Assembly: GCA_964017835.1 (NCBI GenBank)
Contig: CAXHMP010000002.1
Coordinates: 275-64,274 of the forward strand
Reading direction: 5' to 3'
Source: an uncultured Alphaproteobacteria bacterium
GTDB lineage: Bacteria; Pseudomonadota; Alphaproteobacteria; Rs-D84
DNA length: 64,000 nt
Shown here: one piece after another, positions 27,601 to 35,857 of the stretch
How positions within the stretch are numbered: position 1 is the first letter of the stretch
How the letters are laid out: every line of letters starts with the position of its first letter
Notes under the pieces: generated by a model
The model's database searches: none
What the model was told of the DNA's origin: nothing
Seen by the model: only the letters and a program-made list of their open reading frames with translations
Program-made: the position numbers and the translations under genes

Positions 27601-29216
27601 GCTTTTTGACGTCAACGAAAGAAAATTACTTGCAAATATTGCGTGACTTGTTCTTAAAGTTGCAAAATAATAATACAAAAAAGATATTTAATATCTGGCA
27701 TGATATAAGAGAAAATGCAATATATAATCTGGATTCTGCATTCGGTTTTAAGGCTTTGTTCGCTCTTAAACGTGGCAAATATGCAAAAAAGTTGTCTTTA
27801 CGACAGATCATAGAAAGAGATTTTGATTCATTTACGGATTTGTTTCCGGTTGTGATGGTAAACCCTATCGTTGCGAATGCATTATTGCCGTTACAGCAAG
27901 GTTTATTTAATTTAGTTATTTTTGATGAAGCAAGTCAGCTTAGAATTGAAGATGTTTATACGTCCATGATTCGCGGGCAATATAAAATCATTGCCGGAGA
28001 CAAACATCAGATGCCACCATCAAATTGGTTCGCTAAAAATGCAGATAATAGCAATTTAGATGACGAAGAAGATGATGATCTGACGTTAGCTTCCACGGAT
28101 GTTGAATCGCTGTTGGAGTATGCAGAGCATTTTAAAAATGCAAAACAATTTGCATCTCATCTGGATTTCCATTACCGCAGTAAACATCCAGCGTTGATTG
28201 AGTTTTCTAACTGTGCATTCTATGGTTCAAATTTATGTCCATTGCCAAATAGATTGGCAGAAACAACGCCGTTTGAATATCATTATATTGCAGGCGCGTA
28301 TGTTGATAGAATGAATAAAGACGAAGCTTTCAAAGTTGTGGAAATTATACGCAATTTGCCGAGAGACAGTAGAGGGAATTTGCCGTCTGTAGGAATTGCA
28401 ACGTTTAATGTACAGCAGAGAAACCTCATAAAGAATCTGATGCATGAGATTGAAATAGAAGATGAAAATTTTGCAAAAATCTGTGCAGAATTGAATCAAA
28501 ACAAAGATCCTTTGTTTGTGAAAAATTTAGAAAATATTCAAGGAGATGAGCGAGATATTATAATCATATCCACTACTTATGGACCTGGAGCAGATAATAA
28601 ATTCCGTGAGCAGTTTGTTATCAACCGACAAGAAGGTTATAGATTACTAAACGTTCTTATAACTCGTGCTAAGCAAAGATTAATTGTTTTGACTTCTATA
28701 CCAGAAAGTAAATTTTTGGATTATAAAACCAGATTAGACGAGGCGCAGGAAAATAATAAGACAGGAATATTTTACGCTTATTTAGCATACGTGAGAGCGC
28801 ATGCCAATCATGAATTTGATGTTGCCAAAGCTGTTTTGAAAGATATATCTAAATATTCATACGAAGAGCCGAGACGCGATTTAGATGAGGTCGCCTATGG
28901 ATTGACAGAATCGCCTTTTGAAGAGGAGGTTTATGAAGAATTGGTTTCATTATTACCTAAGGAAGCAATTCAGCCTCAATATAAGGTTGGTGGTTACCGG
29001 TTAGACTTTTTGTTGACTGTCGGAGACAAAAGAATTGCGCTTGAATGTGATGGCAAGGCTTATCATCAGTCAGAGGAAGCGTTTGTTGAGGATATGCAAC
29101 GACAGAAAATTCTTGAAGGATATGGATATATATTTTATCGGATATGGTCGACAAGCTGGTTTACCAACAAAGAAAAAGAGGTATTAAAGCTGAAACGGTT
29201 CTTAGAGCAATTATAG
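24603..29216 (+). CDS. Giant SF1 (Upf1/DNA2-like) helicase fused to C-terminal Vsr/DUF559-type PD-(D/E)xK nuclease (1537 aa)
   Basis: Walker A GPPGTGKS (aa 351-358, nt 25653-25676). Motif II FDEASQ (aa 1107-1112, DEASQ at nt 27924-27938). GDKHQMPP. GDERDIIIISTTYG. LLNVLITRAKQRLIVL. C-terminus GYRLDFLLTVGDKRIALECDGKAYHQ..YIFYRIWSTSW. Confidence 0.85.
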   Translation: MVSYINSKDDRKNTVVYSGSSDKKYSEIKFNKKFLEAIYKKLTGLAGRTPIHLMAVPGRMKNRLDLCDLSIANVEPDLDLFSGKNAPKTDGYAKRFLETLLTKDKFDFKFSWEDKKITSMDSEAKDALTIVGKRLNSMLIDNEDVFIDTGLKNFGFGYPLLVLPDPKDKDKAVIAPIFIWSLDICHSNRKNEWIISKTEDSPIKMNEILVSYIENTMKLKLLRLEAEDLDDGILQADEMQKYLKDLVKKLNIQHDDLNLRLEPVGTKERLVKLCSENGFIQWSGVFGLYRSQKETIIESVLELENNIDNFNEQQLELKPFSTSSEASFETDPSQSEIIRTLNDNEFKIIQGPPGTGKSQAISAIISNALANKAKTLVVCEKKTALEVLKRNLEEKGLDTFCIVVDDVNKDRKAVVNKARGLQEYNPNKAFNATAFERDQQEFLTLKAKINECYSNSSEKVLGNYTWTDVIGLYLKYSKLPTFDKVKEELKEFAESKFDFDMQEFVELCSLVKVGHERYSICKHIDPKAFELLDINALKDVSISYNIETQDNISLVRKRINDVSAFLKNNYCELGTATINTTEKALNDYIKVFESYVEQIEKAKNLENLNADYKTKVHFFQTVNDLDIEFSKTANSLNIPYDKLDFVIPEVEKSIKDTEKLYKTTEGFVAAAQKLHGIEINLQSDSASVKEFVGIMKELSCSINNTTKKLAGDYVPLNFDDKIEEKLEHLSIVMANTQSIKENFNSGKEVFGKEFSEYKCGLFARLLSKKAAEAFQYYKNIELKYKEIGKTLKSFAKSYNNAIDSECVFNDEVDTPGEMIKIVENVSEKASTIQSRLYAELASILVDIDKCVSGLQEEIRASNAETNELINSICEKISVYQESCRVNIKTLKVILQCQSRIADTDELLLSKFPGLKSKDLKYDTVEHYIERLKSILEKIDVLENQLEDLEQYMAWMDVFKPSKKLFEVLMLEEDDYLWEDLFKGAYYYYFLLNYANKNKKRFLTSTKENYLQILRDLFLKLQNNNTKKIFNIWHDIRENAIYNLDSAFGFKALFALKRGKYAKKLSLRQIIERDFDSFTDLFPVVMVNPIVANALLPLQQGLFNLVIFDEASQLRIEDVYTSMIRGQYKIIAGDKHQMPPSNWFAKNADNSNLDDEEDDDLTLASTDVESLLEYAEHFKNAKQFASHLDFHYRSKHPALIEFSNCAFYGSNLCPLPNRLAETTPFEYHYIAGAYVDRMNKDEAFKVVEIIRNLPRDSRGNLPSVGIATFNVQQRNLIKNLMHEIEIEDENFAKICAELNQNKDPLFVKNLENIQGDERDIIIISTTYGPGADNKFREQFVINRQEGYRLLNVLITRAKQRLIVLTSIPESKFLDYKTRLDEAQENNKTGIFYAYLAYVRAHANHEFDVAKAVLKDISKYSYEEPRRDLDEVAYGLTESPFEEEVYEELVSLLPKEAIQPQYKVGGYRLDFLLTVGDKRIALECDGKAYHQSEEAFVEDMQRQKILEGYGYIFYRIWSTSWFTNKEKEVLKLKRFLEQL

Positions 29217-29271
29217 TATCTATTGCTACGGATAATACCATCAAGTCCTTTATGGCTTGTTCAAATCGATA

Positions 29272-29300
29272 TTGCAAGATGGTTTGTTTTTTAGTAGAAT
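29272..29300 (+). promoter_or_regulatory. Putative promoter TTGCAA-17 nt-TAGAAT immediately upstream of the endonuclease ATG
   Basis: TTGCAA at 29272-29277 and TAGAAT at 29295-29300. ATG 29307 lies 6 nt after the -10 and there is no Shine-Dalgarno, so the mRNA may be leaderless. Confidence 0.35.
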
Positions 29301-29306
29301 ATTCAT

Positions 29307-30692
29307 ATGTTTACCAAGGAATATGATAAAACGAACGTTGAATCCATACTGCGGCATGCCAAACAGCTGCAGGGGTATACGTTGCGTGAATATTTAGATG
29401 GGGTTCAGCTGCCTACAACGCGTGAAACGCGTGCAGGTAATAGAGGACAGCTTGGTAATGAAATAGAAAAATATTTTTTTGGCTATGAACCAAATAGTAA
29501 TTCGGAACCAGATTTCCCAGATGTAGGACTTGAATTAAAGGTTACCCCACTTAAACGTTTGGCAAAAGGCGCTTTGACGACCAAGGAACGTTTGGTTTTA
29601 TCGCAAATAAATTTTCATGATATTGTATCCGAAACATGGGATGATAATAGTTTATTAAAAAAGTTGCGTTTTCTTTTGTTGATGTTTTATGTCGCAGAAA
29701 AAGATGTCGCCTCGTTAGATTTGTTGTTTGAGTTGGTAAGTACATGGTCACCATCCGATAAGGATATGCAAATCATCCGTCAAGATTGGGAAACAATTGT
29801 TGCCAAAGTCCGGGCCGGAAATGCGCACGAGTTATCAGAAGGTGACACAATGTATTTGGGCGCATGCCCAAAGGCGGCAGATTCTACGGTTCGACGTTCG
29901 CAACCAAATAGTAATATTCCGGCAAAGCCACGTGCATTTGCGTTAAAAAGTTCTTATATGCGTGCCATATGGAATGAATTGAATGGTTCGCGTACAGAAG
30001 CTTTGTCTGACTCAGCAAATGTGTATGATTTTGTTATAAATAAGTTTAAACCATTATATGGAAAAAGCATTGCTGATATTGCTCGCATTCTTGATATTGA
30101 TGCTGCCCCGATGCGTCGTTCTAAAGATTTTATAAGTCGTTTTATGAAACAAGTTCAGGTTAAACTATTTTCCAAAAGACTGTCAGAATTTTCGGAGTTT
30201 GAAAAATCTGGTATTCAGGTGAAAAATATTTTGTTGTTGCCGAATGGAATTCCAAAGGAAAGTATGTCTTTTCCTTATATAAATTATAAAGAAATTGTTT
30301 TGCAGGAAGATTGGGAAACGTCCGACATAAAATCGTTGTTTGAAAATGAAAAGCATCTGTGGCTGGTTTTTAAGGCTACAAAGCCGTATTCGTGTCAACG
30401 TGATTTGAATCTGAATGAAATAATTTTTGAAAAGGCTATGTTTTGGAATATGCCTGCTGCTGACCTGGATGGTGCGATGCAAGATTTATGGCGTGATACT
30501 GTTGCAAAAATTCGTGCGGGGGATTATGGGCATTTTATAAAAATGTCTGAAAATCCAGTAGCTCACATTAGGCCAAAGGCTCAAAACTCAAACGATTTAA
30601 TGGAAACGCCCCAAGGAACGCGCGAAAAGAAAAAGTGTTTCTTTCTTAATCGCGCATACGTAGGTAATCAGATAAGAAAAATGGTAGCTTAG
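29307..30692 (+). CDS. Type II restriction endonuclease, Sau3AI/MutH-like (461 aa)
   Basis: MutH/Sau3AI catalytic region EPDFPDVGLELKVTPLKRL...KERLVLSQINF (D..ExK). Size and two-domain length are similar to R.Sau3AI. Paired with a C5 methyltransferase. Confidence 0.75.
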   Translation: MFTKEYDKTNVESILRHAKQLQGYTLREYLDGVQLPTTRETRAGNRGQLGNEIEKYFFGYEPNSNSEPDFPDVGLELKVTPLKRLAKGALTTKERLVLSQINFHDIVSETWDDNSLLKKLRFLLLMFYVAEKDVASLDLLFELVSTWSPSDKDMQIIRQDWETIVAKVRAGNAHELSEGDTMYLGACPKAADSTVRRSQPNSNIPAKPRAFALKSSYMRAIWNELNGSRTEALSDSANVYDFVINKFKPLYGKSIADIARILDIDAAPMRRSKDFISRFMKQVQVKLFSKRLSEFSEFEKSGIQVKNILLLPNGIPKESMSFPYINYKEIVLQEDWETSDIKSLFENEKHLWLVFKATKPYSCQRDLNLNEIIFEKAMFWNMPAADLDGAMQDLWRDTVAKIRAGDYGHFIKMSENPVAHIRPKAQNSNDLMETPQGTREKKKCFFLNRAYVGNQIRKMVA

Positions 30693-31900
30693 TCTTCTTG
30701 ATTTACTATTTCCGTTATTCCTGTGGCAATTACTTGTATTAAATCAACAACCAATGCATTGCCCATACAGAAATATCGGAACTTTTCAGGCATTCCGGTG
30801 TTTGTCCAATTGTCTGGGAAGCCATCAATGCGTTCGCATTCAACAGGGGTGAGTTTCCTTAAATTTCCGGTCGCTTTGTCTTTTACTATATGGGTTGTTC
30901 GGCTGTTTGAACCTTCACTAGTTAGGATTGTTCGGGCTGCCCGGTTGGTCAAATCTGGAAAGGGGATTGGACCTTCTGTATAAAAATATTTGTATCCTGT
31001 TGATGACGTCCGTTCTTCTTTTTTTGCACCTTTCATATATACAAATTTTTTATACAATTCTGGGGATAGAAAAAATCTGTCTTCTGCCTCTATTTCCATA
31101 ATATCATCAAGTGTTTTTCTTGCTGACGGTAGGGTGTTGATTGGTTTAGTTTTTATGGTTTCTATTTGGCTGTCAATCATTATGCCTGTATTTTCAAAGA
31201 TGAATGCAAAGTTGGTAGATATTGATAATAAGTCTGTTGGAAGTGCTGTGGTCTTCATAAGCAGTTCATTAAAAGGCATAATCGGTAAAACGCGAGCAAA
31301 TAGAGTGTCCGTTTGCAGGTTGTGTGTGTGTCTTAACTTTTGAGCATATTTTGTGCTTTTATGAGCGGCAAATATAAATGTTCTGCGTCTGCGTTGTTGG
31401 AATCCGTACTCTTCGGCATTTACCACGCGCCATTCTACATAATACCCCATATTATTCAGGCAGGCTAAAATTATTGCAAAATCACGTCCACGCTGTTTGG
31501 CGGGGGATTTTATTAATCTGTCAACATTTTCCAACAATACAAATGGTGGACGTTTAGCTCTTAAAATACGGTCTATATCCCACCATAAAACCCCTTTTTT
31601 TCCTTCTATCCCCTTGGACTGTGTGCCGGCAACAGAGTAATCTTGGCACGGGAATCCGCCAACCAGGATTGTGTGGTCGACAATAGATTCAGCAGGAACA
31701 GAATGGATGTCTGTATTGGAAAACTTGTTAATCCCGCCTTGTGATTCAAAATGTGTTTTATAACACGTGTATGCATGCTGATTCTTGGCGCCCGGTTCCC
31801 ATTGGTTTGCCCATACTGTTTTCCACGTCTTGTCCGCGGCTTCAAACCCTAGTCTGAATCCCCCAACGCCAGCAAATAATTCTACAATTGTCTTTTTCAT
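30689..31900 (-). CDS. DNA (cytosine-5)-methyltransferase (403 aa from ATG 31900)
   Basis: Motif I ELFAGVGGFRLGFE, motif IV GGFPCQDYSVAG, motif VI ENV (LLENVDRL), motif VIII QRRRRTFIF, and a C-terminal GNALVV. Convergent with the endonuclease gene, with 4-nt overlap of the 3' ends. Confidence 0.92.
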   Translation of the reverse strand: MKKTIVELFAGVGGFRLGFEAADKTWKTVWANQWEPGAKNQHAYTCYKTHFESQGGINKFSNTDIHSVPAESIVDHTILVGGFPCQDYSVAGTQSKGIEGKKGVLWWDIDRILRAKRPPFVLLENVDRLIKSPAKQRGRDFAIILACLNNMGYYVEWRVVNAEEYGFQQRRRRTFIFAAHKSTKYAQKLRHTHNLQTDTLFARVLPIMPFNELLMKTTALPTDLLSISTNFAFIFENTGIMIDSQIETIKTKPINTLPSARKTLDDIMEIEAEDRFFLSPELYKKFVYMKGAKKEERTSSTGYKYFYTEGPIPFPDLTNRAARTILTSEGSNSRTTHIVKDKATGNLRKLTPVECERIDGFPDNWTNTGMPEKFRYFCMGNALVVDLIQVIATGITEIVNQED

Positions 31901-32229
31901 ATGTCTTCCAAACGCCTGTAATATACAATAAAAAAGACAAAGGATCAAGTAAAAAATTACACTGTTATTTAGCGAAATAAGGATTTAATCAGTTGATTTA
32001 AGTGATTCTTTATGCAAAACTGGCAATGAATCCAATGGGAATTGGGTTCGGGGCTGTGGTGGCCCACAAGTGCGGTGATATGTCGTTATAATACCCCGAC
32101 TTTGGTCGGGGAGCAGTTTGTTATGCAATAGGGTTTTCCCAAAGGAAATGGAACATTCACTTATTGACACCAACTCCCCGACCGTCAAATTCCTGTTTGG
32201 CGGTCAAATCTATTTAAAAGGGGAATTTT

Positions 32230-32760
32230 GTGTGCGTTGATCCGTATATTTTGCCGGTGAAGTGGTTTGGAAACGAGAAAAATCCACGTCTGGTAATATT
32301 GCTATGTAATCCGGGCGGCGATCCCAAATGGCCAAAACGATTGCCTGAATACACAATGCAAAGAGATGATGTTTATAAAGATTCCGGAATGTCTTTGACT
32401 GAGTGTCAAAAATACAATGATTGGTGGGATGATTTCTTTGGTGTATTTGAGAAGCATAAACTAAACCCTGCAGATGTCTTGCTGTTAGAGTTTTATCCAT
32501 GCCACACAGTATCGTCGCGCGATTTCTCTCATAACCCAAATAAATGGAATGATTATGCGCGTGCGGCATTAGATTCAAATATTGCGATTTTACGCCGACA
32601 CATAGCGCATGGGCAGCCCGTATTTGGGTATTATTGGGGTGACTGGGTGCGTGTGGTTCCGGAATTAAAGGATTATGCACATTTCTGCAAAAGCGAAGGC
32701 GCTTGGAAAAAGCAAAAGATTAAAGAATTGGACAAGTTTTTAAGCAAGGAGGTAAGTTGA
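32230..32760 (+). CDS. Hypothetical protein (176 aa), possibly UDG-superfamily-like fold (weak)
   Basis: GTG start with an AAAGGGGA Shine-Dalgarno. RLVILLCNPGGDP resembles UDG/MUG motif A (GxNPG). LLEFYPCHTVSS vaguely resembles motif B. The stop overlaps the ARH start (ATGA). Confidence 0.6.
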   Translation: MCVDPYILPVKWFGNEKNPRLVILLCNPGGDPKWPKRLPEYTMQRDDVYKDSGMSLTECQKYNDWWDDFFGVFEKHKLNPADVLLLEFYPCHTVSSRDFSHNPNKWNDYARAALDSNIAILRRHIAHGQPVFGYYWGDWVRVVPELKDYAHFCKSEGAWKKQKIKELDKFLSKEVS

Positions 32761-33557
32761 TGCTCTGGGGTGCGATTGTCGGTGATATTGTTGGTTCGGT
32801 TTATGAGTTTTCAAACATAAAAACAAAGAGTTTTCCGTTCTTTCATGTGAATGGTTATATCACAGATGATTCTTGCATGACGATTGCTGTGGCGCATGCA
32901 CTGATGAAATGGAAACGTGACGGTGGTGAACTGCAAAAACATACCGTTGAGTCTATGCGTAGGATCGGCTTTCAATATCCCAATATGGGTTATGGATTCA
33001 GGTTCGCAAAATGGATGTTTAATAAGGAATCAGAACCATATAACAGTTGGGGCAATGGTGCGGCAATGCGCGTGTCAGCGGTCGGATGGGTTGGGCGCAG
33101 TATGGCAGAGGTTAAGCATTTGTCGTATATGGTGACATCGGTTAGTCATGATCATATAGAGGGCATAAAAGGTGCCGAAGCAACCGCGATTGCCGTATTT
33201 TTGGCACGTATGGGCAAGGATAAAAAAGAAATCGAAAAATACATAACTGATAATTACTACGCCCCGTGCCCATCGATTGCGGAATTACAAGAAAATTATA
33301 GTTGGGATAGCTCGTGTCAGGGCACAGTCCCCCAGGCATTAGAGTGCTTTTTTGAATCAACAAGTTTTGAAGATGCAATACGCAATGCGATTTCAATCGG
33401 TGGTGACAGTGATACTATCGGCGCAATTACCGGGGCGATTGCCGGGGCATATTATGGCGTGCCGGATGATATAAAATCCACCGCACGCGAATACGTGCCG
33501 GAGAAATTGCTTGAAATTGTGGATGAATTTGAACACTGGCTGCGGCCCCACCTATAA
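32757..33557 (+). CDS. ADP-ribosylglycohydrolase family protein (266 aa)
   Basis: WGAIVGDIVGSVYEF, ITDDSCMTIAVA, GNGAAMRVSAVGW and GGDSDTIGAITGAIAGAYYG. These are the four hallmark ARH/DraG blocks, including the metal-binding Asp clusters. Confidence 0.9.
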   Translation: MMLWGAIVGDIVGSVYEFSNIKTKSFPFFHVNGYITDDSCMTIAVAHALMKWKRDGGELQKHTVESMRRIGFQYPNMGYGFRFAKWMFNKESEPYNSWGNGAAMRVSAVGWVGRSMAEVKHLSYMVTSVSHDHIEGIKGAEATAIAVFLARMGKDKKEIEKYITDNYYAPCPSIAELQENYSWDSSCQGTVPQALECFFESTSFEDAIRNAISIGGDSDTIGAITGAIAGAYYGVPDDIKSTAREYVPEKLLEIVDEFEHWLRPHL

Positions 33558-33631
33558 TATGGAGCAAATTATGGTAATAGATAAAATTCGAGAGGCATTT
33601 AATAATTTAAAATCTCAAAACCGTTTTTTTT

Positions 33632-34471
33632 GTGTCAGAGGCGGATTTTCAGCACAGCCTGGCGATGGAGTTAGAACGCGCATTCCAAGGCGAACCTGAC
33701 ACGTCAATCATATTGGAATTTCCAATCGACCAGGGTGGTCGTAAAATCTATGTCGATATCATGATTGTGCATGGCGGTCGGTTATACCCGATTGAACTTA
33801 AATACAAAACCAAACATATTCCGGCAGATAATATATATGGTCAAACACAGATATCTGTGCGTAATATCTTAAAAAATCAAGGTGCCCAGGATTTAGGCGG
33901 ATATGAAATCTGGAAAGATGTCAATCGTATTGAACGTCTGATTAAAAATGACCAGGTTCATTCGGGTGCATGTATTGTGATATCAAATGATAAATATTAC
34001 TGGGATGGTTTTTGCAGCCCGCGCGCCCAAGGCTTTGCATTCCGCACAAAGTCCGGGGTATATTCGCCACGTAAATGTGATTGGAATATTATAAATCAAA
34101 CGGATGTAAAGAAATGGATTGCGGAACACCCAGGATTCAGAATAGAAAACGAATATAATCTAGAATGGACCGACTTTCATAATTGTGACCATCAGAACAG
34201 GTGCTTTAAGTCATTGTTTATACCCATTCAGCCGAAGAAGCCGCGCCCCAAATCGCGCGCGACAACAAAGCAGGCATTGGCGGATATAGAATACCTGCGT
34301 GAACGTACCAAAGGGTATATATCAGAAGAATATTTGGAAAAATTGGTATCACTGGGGATAAATCCACTAAATAGCGATGGGACCTTAAAATCAAAAAATA
34401 TACTGAGTGTAATGATTTGGCGGTATACAGATAAAAGTAGATGGACAAAATCCACCAAAGCAAAAAAATAA
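33632..34471 (+). CDS. PD-(D/E)xK restriction-endonuclease-like protein (279 aa as called; may start at 33559 after a frameshift in a T8 tract)
   Basis: SEADFQHSLAMELE..EFPIDQGGRKIYVDIMIVHGGRLYPIELKYK (E..D..ExK core). Basic C-terminal tail. ATG 33559 lies 1 nt after the ARH stop and is in frame only if T8 (33624-33631) were T7. Confidence 0.6.
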   Translation: MSEADFQHSLAMELERAFQGEPDTSIILEFPIDQGGRKIYVDIMIVHGGRLYPIELKYKTKHIPADNIYGQTQISVRNILKNQGAQDLGGYEIWKDVNRIERLIKNDQVHSGACIVISNDKYYWDGFCSPRAQGFAFRTKSGVYSPRKCDWNIINQTDVKKWIAEHPGFRIENEYNLEWTDFHNCDHQNRCFKSLFIPIQPKKPRPKSRATTKQALADIEYLRERTKGYISEEYLEKLVSLGINPLNSDGTLKSKNILSVMIWRYTDKSRWTKSTKAKK

Positions 34472-34560
34472 TAAAAGGCCGTAAGTATACGGCCTTTTGG
34501 GTTGCCAGACTGACCGGGTTTGAATTGTGTGGCGGTTGGTGGTAATTTATAGCCTATCAT
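34471..34560 (-). pseudogene. Truncated DUF5681-like gene fragment (N-terminal ~30 codons only)
   Basis: MIGYKLPPTATQFKPGQSGNPKGR, after which the reading frame runs antisense into the 3' end of the 33632-34471 gene. The ATG overlaps the stop of the methylase fragment (ATGA). Confidence 0.45.
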
Positions 34561-35827
34561 TTGATTTCTCCTATCTTTTCGGACTTTGTGCCAGTCAATG
34601 TTTCAAAGCGTTTGATTGTGACGTCACAGTATTTTTCTTCTATCTCTATCCCGCGGCATACGCGCCCGGTCAGTTCACACGCAATCAGTGTAGAGCCCGA
34701 GCCCAAGAAACAATCCAGAACAATGTCGCCCCGGCGCGTCACGTCCAGTATCGCATCGCGCAGCAATTGCGACCGGCTTTACGGTCGGGTGCAGTTTCAG
34801 GTCGTCTTTACCCGCGCCGAACGCATTTGCGCCGGCATAGTCCCAAACGTTCGTCCGATATCGCCCATGTGCGCCGAGTTCTATGTTATTGATGTGGGGT
34901 GCGGTGCCAGATTTATAGATAAAGCATAGCTCGTGCTTGCTGCGATACAGGCTGCCCATGCCGCCGTTGGTTTTATTCCAAACACAGATGTTTTTGAAAT
35001 CGTCATAGACGGCCGCGCCGGCGGTGGTCATTTCGCCAACGTGCTTCCAGTCCATAAACAGGTAATGCAGGGCGCCCTTCACGGAATATTCCTTGGCATG
35101 GCGCATAAAGGTCGTCAGGAACTCTGTGAACTCGGCTGGTGTCATCTCGCCTGACGCCATGGCAAACTCATCGTGCTTGTTTTTGCCCATGGATCCGATG
35201 CTCCGGACCTTTACATTATACGGCGCATCGGTCAGAACCATCTGGGCGCGCTCGTCACCCATAAGGGCGGCATAAGACTCGGCCATCAGCGCATCGCCAC
35301 AGACGATTGTGTGTCGTCCAAGTTTCCAAATGTCGCCGCGGTGGCACCGCCGGTCTTCGTCTAGCAGCGCCGGAATGGCGTCAGCTTTCGGATCGCTTGT
35401 CCCGTCGCCGTCCAGAATCAGGTCTATTTCAGCGGTTTCAAACCCGGTAATTTCCAGATTGAAATCCAGGTCAAGGTTGCTTAACTCGCTGAACTCTAAG
35501 TTCAACAGCTCGATACTCCATTTGCCAAGCTCGGTCAGTTTGTTATCGGCAATGCGATATACGCGCTTTTGGGTCTCCGTCAGATGCGACAGGATTATCG
35601 CCGGAACGTCACGCATACCGGCATCCTGGGCTGCCGTCACGCGCCCATGCCCGGCAATGATTTCCAGATTCTCGTCCAGTAAAACTGGATTGATAAATCC
35701 GAATTCGCGAATGGATTCGCGTATCTTCGCCATCTGGGCATGGTTGTGCAACTTCGGGTTGTTTTTATACGCCCGTATCCGGGCGATTTTCTATGTTTTG
35801 GATTGTTAAGTCAGTCATTAGACTCTC
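34557..35827 (-). pseudogene. ParB-like nuclease domain / N6(N4) DNA methyltransferase, disrupted by at least two frameshifts
   Basis: Three frames carry consecutive pieces: MTDLTIQNIE.. (ATG 35827, GGAGAG Shine-Dalgarno); KIARIRAYKNNPKLHNHAQMAKIRESIREFGF..TDAPYN..HPTVKPVA (to ~34770); then LLRDAILDVTRRGDIVLDCFLGSGST.. (to 34557). The shifts are near 35790 and 34769. Confidence 0.8.
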
Positions 35828-35857
35828 CTTATAGTTTTTGTTATCTATCCCTAAAAA

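Noticed and set aside
34228-34560. 110-aa - strand ORF
   Set aside because: Only the first ~30 codons (the FKPGQSGNPKGR motif) look genuine. The remainder is antisense to the well-supported 33632-34471 gene. It is annotated as a truncated fragment instead.
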